Part shown: piece by piece, positions 17,651 to 28,850 of the stretch | Layout: each line of letters starts with the position of its first letter | How positions within the stretch are numbered: the stretch's first letter is position 1 | Assembly (NCBI GenBank): GCA_963675595.2 | Contig: CAXXLZ010000002.1 | Coordinates: 448,001-512,000, forward strand | Direction of reading: 5' to 3' | Source of the DNA: Thermodesulfobacteriota bacterium | Lineage (GTDB): Bacteria > Desulfobacterota > Desulfarculia > JACQYL01 | DNA length: 64,000 nucleotides | Made by a program: the position numbers and the translations under genes | The notes under the pieces: model-generated | The model's input: the letters and a program-made list of their open reading frames with translations, nothing else | Database searches by the model: none | What the model was told of the DNA's origin: nothing

Positions 17651-20010
17651 TTCCGAACACCGGTGGATCGTAAATGAGAGATGCCGCTTCCCGGCGATCC
17701 CGAGACTTCCGCTTCCTTGAACCCGAAATAGCCGATACCCTGCTGGTTCAGTCCGTCCTGCAACACGTGCAACAGACGGCCGTCCACTGCGGAGGGAATG
17801 TGGATCACGTGCACCGACGCGGCGTGGCAGGCGTATTCGGGAATCCATTCCGCCAGCGAGTTCCGCGATCCCAGGATGAACGCCTCGTTGAAAACCACCC
17901 CATCGTCGTCGGGATACACGGCGACGGGAACGATCCTCGCCTCGACCAGATCGTTGAAAAAGTGAGTGCCGTAGGAAACCTCCGGAGCGAAACCGTCTTC
18001 CTCAAAGGAGATTTCACCCAAGATCAATGTATTGTTGATATCTTGATATCCCACCTTCACACCGAGGGTAATATCGTTGCTCCCCCAGCGCCCCGGACCG
18101 AACAACGCGAATCTCTTCCGATAAAGCCTCCGATTGAGTTCTCCCACGACTCGGCCCACAGCCAGCTTTTCCCGGTGAGTCTCAATGTTGGCATAGGCTT
18201 TGGGGTCCACATACACCAGGTACTCGATGTTGCGGATGGCGCTGTTCGTGATGCCCCGGTTGTTGGTGAAGAGCACCCGTTCCGGGTCCATTTCCTCAGG
18301 CAGGGTCACCAGCCCAAACTCCTCCCGAACGGGGTGCGATCGGCACTGAAGCAAATAGAACTTGTTGTCGTCCCATGCGAATTCAACTTCGATGGGTCCG
18401 CCGTAGGCCTGGTGAAGCCTGGACAGAATCTTCTTCATAATCCGGATGAAGGGAGTCTTGGAAAGCAGATTCTCAAAGGTCAGACAGGTCTTGGCCAAAG
18501 GGATGGTTCCCCCTTTGAACATGGGGGCCGAAAGGTGCATGTCCTCACGCACGGAAACCGCGTAGAAGAGCTCCGGATGCTCTACGTCTTCGAGCAGCTC
18601 GAGGTAGGGCTTGGTTTCGAGCCTGCCGTCGGAGAGATTGACGGCGTCCACCAGTCGTTGCGAGTACTTCTGAATCTCATCGGCGGTGACTTCCGGTCTA
18701 AGCTGCGGATGACTCAACGGCACCATACGTGGATAATCCCTTACCACCCGATCCACGGCTCTCGTACCCAGCCCGAACACCATGCGAACCATGCCCTCTT
18801 CTTTTTGGATCTTGGGGCTCCAATTGTAGGCGTTCACCGAAAAGGCCACACCGGCGGCAAAGGGAAAAAAGTTGTCTCCGAACCTGCGTCCCACCACGTT
18901 CTGCACGAGGACGCTCATTCTTTCGTCGAAGTCCAGAAGGTTCCGCTCCCTGCGATAAGCCAGCGCTCCCGGACTGATGGTACTCAAATGAACCTGCTTG
19001 AGCCCCCGGATGAAGTCTTTCAACCTGGTGTCCAAATCTCCCTGATTGGCGACGAATACCGATTCGTACTTACCCGAAAATGCATGCCCCAGGCTGTCTT
19101 CCAGAAGGCTCGACGACCTCAGGATCAACGGCTGTTCCCCGATCTCCTCCAAAAAGCTGCGAAATTTGGACACCACCTCCTTGGGGTATTCGGCTCGCTC
19201 GAACTCCTCCCCGATCTCCTCGAAAGCCTTTTCCATATTTTCCTGAGGCTCGTATTTGAGGCTGTGACAACGATGCAGATCGTTGAATTCGATGAAGTCG
19301 GAGAAAATACCTGAATTGAAGTAATAGGACTCGGGAATACGGACGAATTCCGCCAGCTCAGGGTCTTTTTCCATCAACCGGGGAAGTACGATTCGGTAGG
19401 CCAGCAACATGCCCGCCGCCTTCCCGCCGATTTTTCCGGAGCGTCGTTCGTTCCAGTGGGACCGCTGGACCACGTCGAAAACGTCCCTTGTGGTCAAATG
19501 CTTCTTGGCGACGCCGATAAAGGAAAGCTGGTTTGAAATGAAATGATTGATCAAGGCCACCCGAACCACTTCCGCCTCGTTGGGCGGAATGAACAGGCGG
19601 CCTTCGGGAATGTCGCAGAACTCCTTGAGGGCTCTTTGGATCCGGCGAGAAGTCACGTCCTCGGTATTGATCACCGCGGTCAGGTTCCTAAATCGGTCCC
19701 TTTTTCTGGCCAGGTTGATGTGATCCTCGATTTCGCTTTCCGAACGCCCTTCGGCAAAGTGAAGATCGATGAGTGCGTCTTTGACTTCTTTGATTGCTTC
19801 CTCATTTTCCTCGAGGCCGACCTCCCGAACCTGATTCAAGGCTTCGTTCCTCAAAGCTTCCAGTGTGAAGCCTTTTTCGCTGATAAGGCACGTCAGGAAG
19901 ATTTCCCGGATTTCGTCGATGAGATGGGGATGCTGCATCATCTTGTTGTACATCCGGTACGCCTTGATCAAATCCATAGATATCCCTCTTGGAGTTCCCG
20001 ACACGTCCAT
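17632..20010 (-). CDS. PEP-synthase/PPDK-like ATP-grasp protein (PEP/pyruvate-binding-domain family) next to GDH
   Basis: IGGKAAG, LRSSSLLEDS...FSGKYES, MSVLVQ, GLGTRAV, EVEFA, LLQCR; C-terminal GPGRWGS and SYGTHFF; start 20010 or 19977. Confidence 0.85.
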   Translation of the reverse strand: MDVSGTPRGISMDLIKAYRMYNKMMQHPHLIDEIREIFLTCLISEKGFTLEALRNEALNQVREVGLEENEEAIKEVKDALIDLHFAEGRSESEIEDHINLARKRDRFRNLTAVINTEDVTSRRIQRALKEFCDIPEGRLFIPPNEAEVVRVALINHFISNQLSFIGVAKKHLTTRDVFDVVQRSHWNERRSGKIGGKAAGMLLAYRIVLPRLMEKDPELAEFVRIPESYYFNSGIFSDFIEFNDLHRCHSLKYEPQENMEKAFEEIGEEFERAEYPKEVVSKFRSFLEEIGEQPLILRSSSLLEDSLGHAFSGKYESVFVANQGDLDTRLKDFIRGLKQVHLSTISPGALAYRRERNLLDFDERMSVLVQNVVGRRFGDNFFPFAAGVAFSVNAYNWSPKIQKEEGMVRMVFGLGTRAVDRVVRDYPRMVPLSHPQLRPEVTADEIQKYSQRLVDAVNLSDGRLETKPYLELLEDVEHPELFYAVSVREDMHLSAPMFKGGTIPLAKTCLTFENLLSKTPFIRIMKKILSRLHQAYGGPIEVEFAWDDNKFYLLQCRSHPVREEFGLVTLPEEMDPERVLFTNNRGITNSAIRNIEYLVYVDPKAYANIETHREKLAVGRVVGELNRRLYRKRFALFGPGRWGSNDITLGVKVGYQDINNTLILGEISFEEDGFAPEVSYGTHFFNDLVEARIVPVAVYPDDDGVVFNEAFILGSRNSLAEWIPEYACHAASVHVIHIPSAVDGRLLHVLQDGLNQQGIGYFGFKEAEVSGSPGSGISHLRSTGVRKWAEPR

Positions 20011-20015
20011 ATCGA

Positions 20016-21269
20016 TCAGACCACCCAACCTCTCAGCCTGCAGGCTTCCGCAACTCTCGCCACGGCCACCAAGTAGGCGGCTCGCCTCATATGCGTGTGG
20101 TGTTTGACGCTCATTTCGTGAACGCCCTTGAACGCACGAGTCATCTGTTGGTCCAGCCTCCAGTGAATTTCCTTCTCCTCCCAATAGAAATTCATGGTGT
20201 TCTGAACTTGCTCATAATAGGAGACCGTAACGCCTCCCGCATTGGCAAGAAAATCCGGGAGGACAAATATCCCTTTGTCGAAAAGAATCTCGTCGGCGGT
20301 CGGCGTGGTGGGCCCGTTGGCCAGTTCGCACATGATTTTGCATTTGACCTTGGGTGCGTTGTCCCCTCGGATTACGTTCTCCAGGGCGGAGGGAAACAGA
20401 ACGGTCACTTCCAACTCCAAAAGCTCCTCATTGGAGATGCGTTCCGTGCCCGGCGCTCCTTCCAGAACGCCGTTCTTAAGTTTGTAATCCACCAGGCTCT
20501 TTGCATCGATGCCCATGGGATTATAAACCCCTCCTTTGGAGTCGGAAGCGGCCACCAGTTTCAGACCCAATATGCGCTCACCCAGAACGGCGGCGTTCTG
20601 GCCCGCATTTCCGAATCCCTGGATGGCCATGGTCTGCCCTTTCAGGTCGAGGGCCAGCACCGCGGCAGCCTCCCGCGTCGTGTAAATGCCCCCCCTGGCC
20701 GTGGCGTCCGCCCTTCCCTGAGACCCGCCCATGGGAATCGGCTTTCCGGTGATCACCGCCGGGTGCTTCTCTCCTCGAATCACCTCGTACTCATCCATCA
20801 TCCAGGACATGATCTGCGGTGTGGTATACACGTCGGGCGCCGGCACGTCTTTGGCCACCCCGAGCGAGTCGGCGATGCCGCGCACGTAGCCTCTGGCCAG
20901 TCTCTCCTTCTCCGTGACGGAAAGTTCTTTCGGGTTGCAGATCACGCCGCCCTTGCCCCCGCCGAGGGGAATGTCCACCACGGCGGTCTTCCAGGTCATC
21001 CAGGCCGACAGCGCCCGCACCGTATCCACGGTTTCTTCGGGATGCCAGCGGATTCCCCCTTTGGCAGGCCCCCTGGCCGTATTGTATTGGACCCGAAACG
21101 CCCTGAATATCCTCGTGGATCCGTCATCCATCCGAACCGGTATCGAGAAGTGAATCTCTCGCATGGGCCATCGAAGAAGTTCGTGAGTCGCCGGATCCAG
21201 TCCGAGAGCTTCGGCGGCCTCGTCGAGTTGTTGTTGAGCGATTCTAAACGGGTTCAGCTTGTCTTCCAT
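20016..21269 (-). CDS. gdhA: Glu/Leu/Phe/Val dehydrogenase (glutamate dehydrogenase)
   Basis: [57 protein letters not shown]; start ATG 21269 with SD. Confidence 0.95.
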   Translation of the reverse strand: MEDKLNPFRIAQQQLDEAAEALGLDPATHELLRWPMREIHFSIPVRMDDGSTRIFRAFRVQYNTARGPAKGGIRWHPEETVDTVRALSAWMTWKTAVVDIPLGGGKGGVICNPKELSVTEKERLARGYVRGIADSLGVAKDVPAPDVYTTPQIMSWMMDEYEVIRGEKHPAVITGKPIPMGGSQGRADATARGGIYTTREAAAVLALDLKGQTMAIQGFGNAGQNAAVLGERILGLKLVAASDSKGGVYNPMGIDAKSLVDYKLKNGVLEGAPGTERISNEELLELEVTVLFPSALENVIRGDNAPKVKCKIMCELANGPTTPTADEILFDKGIFVLPDFLANAGGVTVSYYEQVQNTMNFYWEEKEIHWRLDQQMTRAFKGVHEMSVKHHTHMRRAAYLVAVARVAEACRLRGWVV

Positions 21270-21430
21270 ACCTGCTCCTCCCTTTTGGATCGGCCCCACC
21301 GCCACGCGGCAAACCGAGATCGAGCACACCGTCCGTTTCCATCCCCACGACCCATCAAACGCCGGCCGATTTCCATTCCGAATCATGCCCGCAAGCGGCA
21401 CAGGCATGGGAGACCGGCGATTCGCCTGCA

Positions 21431-22603
21431 TCAACTCAGAATTGAATCCTTGATCCCGGATACATCCTGTTTTTCATCCATCATTTTCTTAATCTTGGCA
21501 AACTCCGCCAAGTCGCCAAGCAGGATGCAGCCGACTACCGTATTGTCCTCGAAGACGACTTTCTTGTAGAGTTGTCGGTCTTTCACCACACGACTCTCCC
21601 GCTCGTTTTCAGCGTCGATGTCGCCTGCGGAGGCGAGGTCGATGCCCACCACCTTGAGAGTGTTGGCCATAATGGTGCCTTCGTAGGTTTCATCTCCCCC
21701 GCACATGTTGGCGGCGGCAATCTTTCCCTGTTCCATGGCGGCGGGCCAGATTCCGAAGAGTTTGCCCCGGTGTTCGACCACGTCCCCCGCGGCGTAAACC
21801 TCCGGCACACTGGTCCGAAGTCGATCGTCCACCTTAACACCCTTGTCCGCGTCGAGTCCCAAAAAGCCGGCGACTTCCAGGTTCGGACGAACCCCCGCCG
21901 AGATGATCACCATCCCGCCTTCCACGGTGTCGCCGCTTTCCAGGAGGATACCACGGACGCGGTCTTCGCCGAGTATTTCCTTGGTAACGGCGCCGAGATG
22001 GAAAGACAGCCCCATATCTTCCATGATCCGCTGAAGAATCAGCGCTCCTTCGTGATCGAGCTGTCGCGGAAGAAGCCGGGGAAAGAACTCGACCACCCGG
22101 CATCGTATTCCAAGCTTTTTGAGAGCGTATGCGGTTTCGAGACCCAAAAGGCCTCCTCCCACGAGGACCGCGTCTTCGGTGTTTTTGGCGGCTTCCCGGA
22201 TGTCTCTGGCGTCCTGAACGGACCGCAGGGCGAACGTTCCGCGTTTCTCCACACCTTGAATGGGCGGCACGAAAGAATGAGCGCCCGTGGCCACGAGCAG
22301 AAGATCGTAAGGAATTTCCTCTCCGGCATCGGTAACGATCGTCTTGCTCTTCGGATCTGCATTCACCACCCGGGTCTTCAATTTAAGGTCGATACGGGAG
22401 TCTTTGTACCATTGCAGATTCTTGGCCACCAGCTTGTCTTCGTCCCATTCTCCCGAGATGTATTCGTTCAGCTTGAGACGCCAATAGAAAGGCAGATTCT
22501 CCTCGGTGAGCGCGGTGATCGAACCGTCCGGGTCCCGCTTGCGGATCTCTTCCGCCGCCGTTGCTCCTGCAATGCCTTGTCCAAGAATCACATATTGTCG
22601 CAT
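21431..22603 (-). CDS. FAD/NAD(P)H oxidoreductase (NirB N-terminal / rubredoxin-reductase-like)
   Basis: [34 protein letters not shown]; start ATG 22603. Confidence 0.9.
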   Translation of the reverse strand: MRQYVILGQGIAGATAAEEIRKRDPDGSITALTEENLPFYWRLKLNEYISGEWDEDKLVAKNLQWYKDSRIDLKLKTRVVNADPKSKTIVTDAGEEIPYDLLLVATGAHSFVPPIQGVEKRGTFALRSVQDARDIREAAKNTEDAVLVGGGLLGLETAYALKKLGIRCRVVEFFPRLLPRQLDHEGALILQRIMEDMGLSFHLGAVTKEILGEDRVRGILLESGDTVEGGMVIISAGVRPNLEVAGFLGLDADKGVKVDDRLRTSVPEVYAAGDVVEHRGKLFGIWPAAMEQGKIAAANMCGGDETYEGTIMANTLKVVGIDLASAGDIDAENERESRVVKDRQLYKKVVFEDNTVVGCILLGDLAEFAKIKKMMDEKQDVSGIKDSILS

Positions 22604-22865
22604 GTCGATTTTCCTTTCGAAGTGGGGTTCACCTTTCGTCCATTCGGGACCCGTTTCCCCGGCGGTTCCTAATCGAGCCGGCCCCGCACACAAGATGTCC
22701 ACCTTGAACAACAGGCTTCCCAAAGGTTACACGGCGATCCTCAAGACCCAACCTACAATGGTTTCCGTTTGAAAAGCAACCGAGGCAACTTGGTGAAAGA
22801 AGTGTCTCCGTCGTCCAAAGCGGCACGTTTATCACCCTGGTTTATCTATAAAAAATTTCGACCCC

Positions 22866-22895
22866 TTGACCTCCCCGCAAACCGGCGTATAAACT
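22866..22895 (+). promoter_or_regulatory. Putative sigma70 promoter of korDABC
   Basis: TTGACC followed by TATAAA (16-nt spacer) or TAAACT (18-nt spacer), about 45 nt before korD. Confidence 0.45.
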
Positions 22896-22940
22896 GTTCG
22901 ATAAAATTCGGGGCAACGCCTTAAGTGAGGAATTCGTTTT

Positions 22941-23132
22941 ATGGAGAATGACAGGCGGGTGACAATCAACCGCGACTGGTGCAAGGGATGCGGCATTTGC
23001 GTCGAGTTTTGTCCCAAGGGTGTACTGCAACTGGACAAAGAAGACAAAGCAGTCGTCGTGGACCTTGAAAAGTGCAACAAATGCAGACTTTGCGAGCTAC
23101 GCTGTCCCGACATGGCCATTGAAATAGAATAG
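22941..23132 (+). CDS. korD: 2-oxoacid:ferredoxin oxidoreductase delta subunit (2x4Fe-4S)
   Basis: WCKGCGICVEFCP and CNKCRLCELRCPD. Confidence 0.92.
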   Translation: MENDRRVTINRDWCKGCGICVEFCPKGVLQLDKEDKAVVVDLEKCNKCRLCELRCPDMAIEIE

Positions 23133-23146
23133 CCGACCGGACCCTT

Positions 23147-24298
23147 ATGAACAATCAGAAAATCAAATTCGTACAGGGAAACGAAGCGTGCGTCCATGGA
23201 GCATTGTATGCCGGATGCAGCTTCTTTGCGGGCTACCCCATTACTCCGTCTACGGAGGTCAGCGAGATACTCGCCTCACTCCTGCCCGAGCGAGGGGGGA
23301 AGTTCATCCAGATGGAAGACGAGATATCCGCGATGTGTGCCATTGTCGGGGCGTCACTTACGGGAGCCAAGGCGATGACCGCAACCAGCGGTCCAGGCTT
23401 CTCGTTGATGCAGGAAGCCATCGGATACGCCGTTATGACGGAGACCCCCTGCGTCATCGTCAACGTGCAACGCGTGGGTCCTTCGACCGGCATGCCCACC
23501 GCTGCGAGCCAGGGCGACGTGATGCAGGCTCGATGGGGCACCCACGGAGACCACTCGATCATCGCCATGACCGCCTCCAACCACCAGGACGTGTTTGCCA
23601 CGACGGTCGAGGCCTTCAACTTGGCCGAGACCTATCGCACTCCGGTCATTCTTCTCCTGGACGAAGTCATCGGTCACATGAGGGAAAAACTCGTCCTCCC
23701 GGAACCCGGAGAAATTCCCGTATGGGACCGGCTGTGGACCTCGGTCAAAGAGGGGACCAATTTTCATCCCTATCTTCCCAGGGAAGACGGCAGGTTGCCC
23801 ATGTCCGCCTTCGGAGGAGTACACCGATACAACGTGACCGGACTGGTTCACGACATGTGGGGGTTTCCCTCGAATCAGTCGGAAATAGCCCACGAATTGG
23901 TGCACCATCTCGTGGACAAGATCGAGGGACGGGCTCACGACATTATCAGGACCCGCAGGTACTTCCTGGACGATACGGACACCGTTCTCATATCCTACGG
24001 TTCCTCCGCCCGATCCGCCCTACACGTGGTCGAGGAACGTCGAACCGTCGGCGAAAAGATCGGGCTGCTCGAACTCCAGACCCTATGGCCTTTCCCCGCC
24101 CAAGAGGTAAGGGAAGTCTGTACGGGGGCCAGGCACGTTATTGTGGTGGAGATGAATCTGGGCCAGGTACTTTCCGAGGTAAAAAAGGCCGTGGACGACC
24201 CGAACCGGGTCTTCCTGGCCAACCGATTCGACGGACGGCTCATCACCCCCCAAGACATCAAAGACGTGTTGCGGCTCATTCGCGGTGGAGGTCTCTGA
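23147..24298 (+). CDS. korA: 2-oxoglutarate/2-oxoacid:ferredoxin oxidoreductase alpha subunit
   Basis: GNEA, FAGYPITPSTE, QMEDEI, TATSGPGFSLMQE, QRVGPSTG, EMNLGQ. Confidence 0.93.
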   Translation: MNNQKIKFVQGNEACVHGALYAGCSFFAGYPITPSTEVSEILASLLPERGGKFIQMEDEISAMCAIVGASLTGAKAMTATSGPGFSLMQEAIGYAVMTETPCVIVNVQRVGPSTGMPTAASQGDVMQARWGTHGDHSIIAMTASNHQDVFATTVEAFNLAETYRTPVILLLDEVIGHMREKLVLPEPGEIPVWDRLWTSVKEGTNFHPYLPREDGRLPMSAFGGVHRYNVTGLVHDMWGFPSNQSEIAHELVHHLVDKIEGRAHDIIRTRRYFLDDTDTVLISYGSSARSALHVVEERRTVGEKIGLLELQTLWPFPAQEVREVCTGARHVIVVEMNLGQVLSEVKKAVDDPNRVFLANRFDGRLITPQDIKDVLRLIRGGGL

Positions 24299-24301
24299 AC
24301 C

Positions 24302-25105
24302 ATGGCCGTCAAAGACTACGTGCGTGAAAGATTCATGCCCCATATGTGGTGCGCGGGATGCGGTCACGGAACGATCATGAACACCTTGATCCGCGCCGTG
24401 GACGATTTGGGAATCAAGAAAAACGATATCGTCCTGGTGACCGGAATCGGATGTTCCGCACGCATTTCAGGGTACCTGGATTTCCATACGCTGCACACCA
24501 TCCATGGGCGTGCGTTGGCCTTTGCCACCGGTGTGAAGATGGCAAGGCCGGACCTTACGATCATTGTCGCCATGGGTGACGGGGATGCACTGGCTATTGG
24601 AGGAAATCACTTCATCCATTCAGCCCGACGCAACATCGATATCACCGTCCTTCTCATGAACAACCGAACGTACGGCATGACCGGCGGACAGTTTTCCCCC
24701 TTGTCGGGCCTCGGTTTCAAAGGAACCACCGCGCCCTTCGGGAACATCGAAACCCATTTCGACACTGTGGAATTGGCCCGCTCCGCGGGCGCCTCGTTCG
24801 TGGCGAGGGGCACTACGTACCACGTCACCTCTCTACACAAGAACCTCAAGAAGGCCATCCAACATAAGGGCTTCTCCGTTGTGGAAGTTCTCTCGCAATG
24901 CCCGACCTACTTCGGAAGGAGAAGCGAAGTCGGCGGCGCCGTCGACTTACTCAGACTTTTCAAAGACCGAACCGTGCCCGTGGGGTCCCCCGCGAAGGAC
25001 AAAGAACCGGGACTTGTTGAACGGGGGGTCTTCGTCGATGAGGAGCGGCCCGAATACTGCTCGGAATATCAGAAGATCATCGACGGAATCAGAGGGGAGG
25101 TCTAA
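24302..25105 (+). CDS. korB: 2-oxoacid:ferredoxin oxidoreductase beta (TPP) subunit
   Basis: WCAGCGHG, GIGCS, HGRA, GDGDALAIGGNH, NN.TYGMTGGQ.SP, QCPT. Confidence 0.93.
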   Translation: MAVKDYVRERFMPHMWCAGCGHGTIMNTLIRAVDDLGIKKNDIVLVTGIGCSARISGYLDFHTLHTIHGRALAFATGVKMARPDLTIIVAMGDGDALAIGGNHFIHSARRNIDITVLLMNNRTYGMTGGQFSPLSGLGFKGTTAPFGNIETHFDTVELARSAGASFVARGTTYHVTSLHKNLKKAIQHKGFSVVEVLSQCPTYFGRRSEVGGAVDLLRLFKDRTVPVGSPAKDKEPGLVERGVFVDEERPEYCSEYQKIIDGIRGEV

Positions 25106-25110
25106 CACCC

Positions 25111-25656
25111 ATGGAACGTTACACCCTCGTTTTTTCAGGTTCCGGAGGCCAGGGAATCATCACCGCGTCGGTGCTGTTGGCCGAAGCCGCCGTGATTCAC
25201 GAAAACCTCAATGCCGTTCAGACTCAAAGCTACGGCCCTGAAGCACGAGGCGGCGCGGCCCGGTCCGATGTGATTCTCTCCAAAAGCGAAATCCGGTTTC
25301 CCAAGGTGATACAGCCCAACGTGTTGATCTGCCTGACTCAGAAGGCTTACAACAAATTCCATAGCACCATCCGGCCCGGAGGGCTGTTGCTGGCCGATTC
25401 GCATCTCGTCACCCGCGAACCACGGGTGGACGCTCGGCAAATCATGCTGCCCATGTACGAGACCACAAAACGGGAAGTGGGCAACACGGTGGTGTTCAAC
25501 GTGTGTATGCTGGGCGTGCTCGTGAGGGCCACCGGCCTCGTCCGACTGGAATCGGTCGAACGAATTCTCGAAAGCCGGGTGCCCGCAAAGTACCTCGATC
25601 TGAATCGACGGGCGTTGTCCGTCGGGTTCGATATGGCCGAGGGGATTACCATCTGA
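25111..25656 (+). CDS. korC: 2-oxoacid:ferredoxin oxidoreductase gamma subunit
   Basis: GSGGQG, QSYGPEARGG, NVCMLG. Confidence 0.92.
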   Translation: MERYTLVFSGSGGQGIITASVLLAEAAVIHENLNAVQTQSYGPEARGGAARSDVILSKSEIRFPKVIQPNVLICLTQKAYNKFHSTIRPGGLLLADSHLVTREPRVDARQIMLPMYETTKREVGNTVVFNVCMLGVLVRATGLVRLESVERILESRVPAKYLDLNRRALSVGFDMAEGITI

Positions 25657-25723
25657 CGTTCGTCCAACCTGCTTGACTCCTCCCCCGGGACAGGTACGCT
25701 TAGATCGACAAGGGAGACTGAAG

Positions 25724-26362
25724 ATGTCCGAGCTCCAAGACGGCCCGCCCACCACCGCCGTGCTTCTCACGGACATCCAGGCGGATTTCACCGAATTCGG
25801 CAACGGCTCTTTGGCGGTTCCCGGCACAGGGAGCGACTATGTGGAATCCGTAAAAAAGGCCACACTTCATTACATGGACGAAGGCCTTTCCATCTACGCG
25901 GTGCAAGACCGGCACCCACCCGACCATGTCAGTTTTTACACCAACCACTCCAACAAGAAGCCCTTCGATACAATCCCTCTCGGTCGCATAACGCAGATCC
26001 TCTGGCCGCCTCATTGTGTCCGAGACACCCCGGGGGCGCGACTCTTGTTTCCGGAATCCTGGGCCAAGGAAATCGTTCAGAAGGGAACAGACCCGGACCA
26101 CGACTCCTACTCGGCCTTCAAAGATGATGGTGGCCGGAAGACCGGCATTGATGATATTCTCCGTCGAGACGGCATATCGGAACTGATCGTCTATGGGCTG
26201 GCTACGGACTTTTGCATCCGATACACGGTGAACCACGCCCTGGAAGCGGGTTACCGGGTCCGTGTCAGAATCGATCTATGTCGGGGTGTATCGGAAGATA
26301 CCACGAAAGAAGCCGTTCGAGACATGAAGTCCCGAGGCGCGGTCATCGAAACCGCCGGCTGA
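25724..26362 (+). CDS. pncA: Nicotinamidase/pyrazinamidase
   Basis: DIQADF, GSLAV, DRHPPDHVSF, WPPHCV, KG..DSYSAF, GLATDFCI. Confidence 0.92.
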   Translation: MSELQDGPPTTAVLLTDIQADFTEFGNGSLAVPGTGSDYVESVKKATLHYMDEGLSIYAVQDRHPPDHVSFYTNHSNKKPFDTIPLGRITQILWPPHCVRDTPGARLLFPESWAKEIVQKGTDPDHDSYSAFKDDGGRKTGIDDILRRDGISELIVYGLATDFCIRYTVNHALEAGYRVRVRIDLCRGVSEDTTKEAVRDMKSRGAVIETAG

Positions 26363-26650
26363 AGCCCGGCCGGGAAGTCCCATTTCATCCGAGGCGGCGA
26401 AATAGGCACACCAAAGCCCCCGAAGCCTTTTGCGACCATAGAGCGCCGCTCCTCCACTGCGGTGAAGCGGTGCGATGCGCCCACGCTCGAAAATTTGTCC
26501 GAGCCCTCGGCAGGCCTTCGCTCCGAACGGCGCTCCCCCGCATTTCCCCGAAAATCGGACTGCAAACACCGGCCGAGTTCCGGCCCCAAACTTGAGGAAC
26601 CCACCCGCAACCATCCAAAAGGCTTGTTCCCCCCCGCGGAGAAATGACCC

Positions 26651-28561
26651 ATGAACAATGAAATAGTGCAATTCCTCGCCCGTGTGGATCCTTTCAGCTT
26701 CCTGCCGAAGGAAGAGATCGAAAGGCTCGCCGACACCGTGACCCTCGCGCGACATCCCAAGGACACCATCCTCTTCATCCAGGGAGAGTCGCACATGGAT
26801 CACCTTTACGTGGTCATGGACGGCGTCGTCGAAAGGTATACGGAGGAGTTCGGGAGAAAGACCTTTCGAGGCTTCGCCGAGGAGGGAGATATTTACGGCG
26901 GCGTTTCACTGCTGCTCAATGCGGGCGTTTCCCTCAGGACCGTACGTGTCGAGGAAGAAGCCACCTTCTGCCTGGTACCCAAAGCGGACTTTCTGGACCT
27001 CTGCGCGCGCTATGAAGAATTCCGCGAATATTTCTCGAATATTTTCGGTAAGCGAATGCTTGAGAAGTCGTACGGGGCTATGGCGGGCCGGAGCACACGC
27101 ACCCAAGAAGAAACCGGACTCCCGTTGCTGAATCAGCGTGTCGAAAGTATTTACTCGGACGACATCGCCGTCTGCCGACCCGAGGAGCCCATTCAAGAGG
27201 TGGCCGCCCGCATGGTTCGCAAGAGCTGCAGCGCGGTCCTGGTGGAAGGGCCCGACGGCCGATTCGTCGGTATCCTCACGGATAGGGACTTACGCGAAAA
27301 GGTTGTGGCCGGAGGGCTGTCGCCGGCCCTGCCGGTTTCTTCCATCATGTCTTCCCCCGTGGCTTCCGTTTCCGAAGACGCTCTGGTTTCCGAGGCCATT
27401 CTGGCCATGGTTCAGAAGAACATCAAACACCTAGCCGTGACGGACGCATCGGGGCGCGTTTTGGGCATGACCAGCGATGAGCATCTTCTGCTCTCGCAGA
27501 CCCATTCCACGATCTACCTCATCCGTGACATCCACAAAGCCACGCAACTCGACGACGTCATGGACAAGCATGCCCAACTCCCGCTGCTTTTCAAAACCCT
27601 GATCAACAGCGGGGTTAAGGCGGAGCGTCTCACAAGATTGATTTCGGCCTGCTCGGACGCCATTCTAAGAAAGCTTGTGGAATTCGCTTTAAATGAACTC
27701 GGTCCGCCCCCGGTACGTTTTACCTTCATGGTGCTCGGCAGTGAGGGACGAAACGAACAGACCTTTAAGACCGACCAGGATAATGCGGTGGTGTTCGAAG
27801 ACGTACCTCCGGAATCCCTGGATTCCGTCACCGACTATTTTCTCAAATTCGGGGACAAAGTCTGCACTTGGCTGGATCGGGCGGGCTACGACTTCTGCAA
27901 AGGCGGAGTCATGGCCAAGAATCCCATGTGGTGCCGGCCGATCTCCGCCTGGAAGAAATACTTCACCGATTGGATCCATACCGCCGAGCCGGAGGCGCTC
28001 CTCCAGGCCAGCATCTTTTTCGATTTTCGATCGGGTTTTGGAGACGACTCGCTGATCCATGAGCTCCGTGCACATCTCTTCGGGTCTTTAGGACAGTGGG
28101 CGGGTTTCTTTCGCCATCTCACGGAGAACACCCTGGTATTCAAGCCTCCCCTGGGATTTTTCCGTAGCTTTGTCGTGGAATCCAAAGGAAAACACCGCAA
28201 CAAGTTGGACATCAAAAGCGCCATGACCCCTATCGTGGACTATGCGCGCATTTACGCCCTGAAGAATCGCATATCCGCCACGAACACATTGGAACGGCTG
28301 AAGAAGCTGGTGACCGCGGAGCAACTTTCCCATGAAGACTACGAGGATATCTCTCAAGCCTACGTCTTCCTGATGCAGCTTCGGCTGGTTCACCAGGTGC
28401 GTCAGGTCACCGAGCTCAGAGAAGAGCCGGACAACCACATTAACCCCAAGGACCTTACCCGCATCGAACAGAACACCTTGAAGGAGATTTTCAAGCGGGT
28501 GGAACGCTACCAAGGGCAACTTCGCATAGAGTTTACCGGAGAAGGATTCGTGATCACCTGA
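26651..28561 (+). CDS. cNMP-binding + CBS pair + DUF294 (GlnD/GlnE-like nucleotidyltransferase) protein
   Basis: N-terminal cNMP domain; GILTDRDLR (CBS); LGSEGRNEQTFKTDQDNA NTase motif; CKGGVMAKNP.W, IFFDFR, LDIK, NTLERL. Confidence 0.92.
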   Translation: MNNEIVQFLARVDPFSFLPKEEIERLADTVTLARHPKDTILFIQGESHMDHLYVVMDGVVERYTEEFGRKTFRGFAEEGDIYGGVSLLLNAGVSLRTVRVEEEATFCLVPKADFLDLCARYEEFREYFSNIFGKRMLEKSYGAMAGRSTRTQEETGLPLLNQRVESIYSDDIAVCRPEEPIQEVAARMVRKSCSAVLVEGPDGRFVGILTDRDLREKVVAGGLSPALPVSSIMSSPVASVSEDALVSEAILAMVQKNIKHLAVTDASGRVLGMTSDEHLLLSQTHSTIYLIRDIHKATQLDDVMDKHAQLPLLFKTLINSGVKAERLTRLISACSDAILRKLVEFALNELGPPPVRFTFMVLGSEGRNEQTFKTDQDNAVVFEDVPPESLDSVTDYFLKFGDKVCTWLDRAGYDFCKGGVMAKNPMWCRPISAWKKYFTDWIHTAEPEALLQASIFFDFRSGFGDDSLIHELRAHLFGSLGQWAGFFRHLTENTLVFKPPLGFFRSFVVESKGKHRNKLDIKSAMTPIVDYARIYALKNRISATNTLERLKKLVTAEQLSHEDYEDISQAYVFLMQLRLVHQVRQVTELREEPDNHINPKDLTRIEQNTLKEIFKRVERYQGQLRIEFTGEGFVIT

Positions 28562-28850
28562 AGCGCCCCACACTCCACAACGGTTCCGGCCCGGCGGCCT
28601 TCAGGCGAAAACTTCCGTTCGAGCCCGACCTTCAGGCGGTACCATTCACGGGGGAGGGGAATAGGGTTGCGCATTGATTTCCAGCCTTCCTTACACCTCC
28701 TGAGTCGACCAAGAAGCTCCATGGTCCGGTTTCGTCGCGCGCCGGCGGCCTGTCATTTCCGCGACCGACTTTCCTTCAGGCCTCTCCGCCGATATCAGCT
28801 CCCTCTCCTGTCGGCGACACCCAAGGAGAGTTTTTCCTATGTGGCCTCAA

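Noticed and set aside
28507-28722. 71-aa ORF possibly disrupted by the IS
   Set aside because: No recognisable motif; overlaps the DUF294 gene end; the IS appears to be intergenic.
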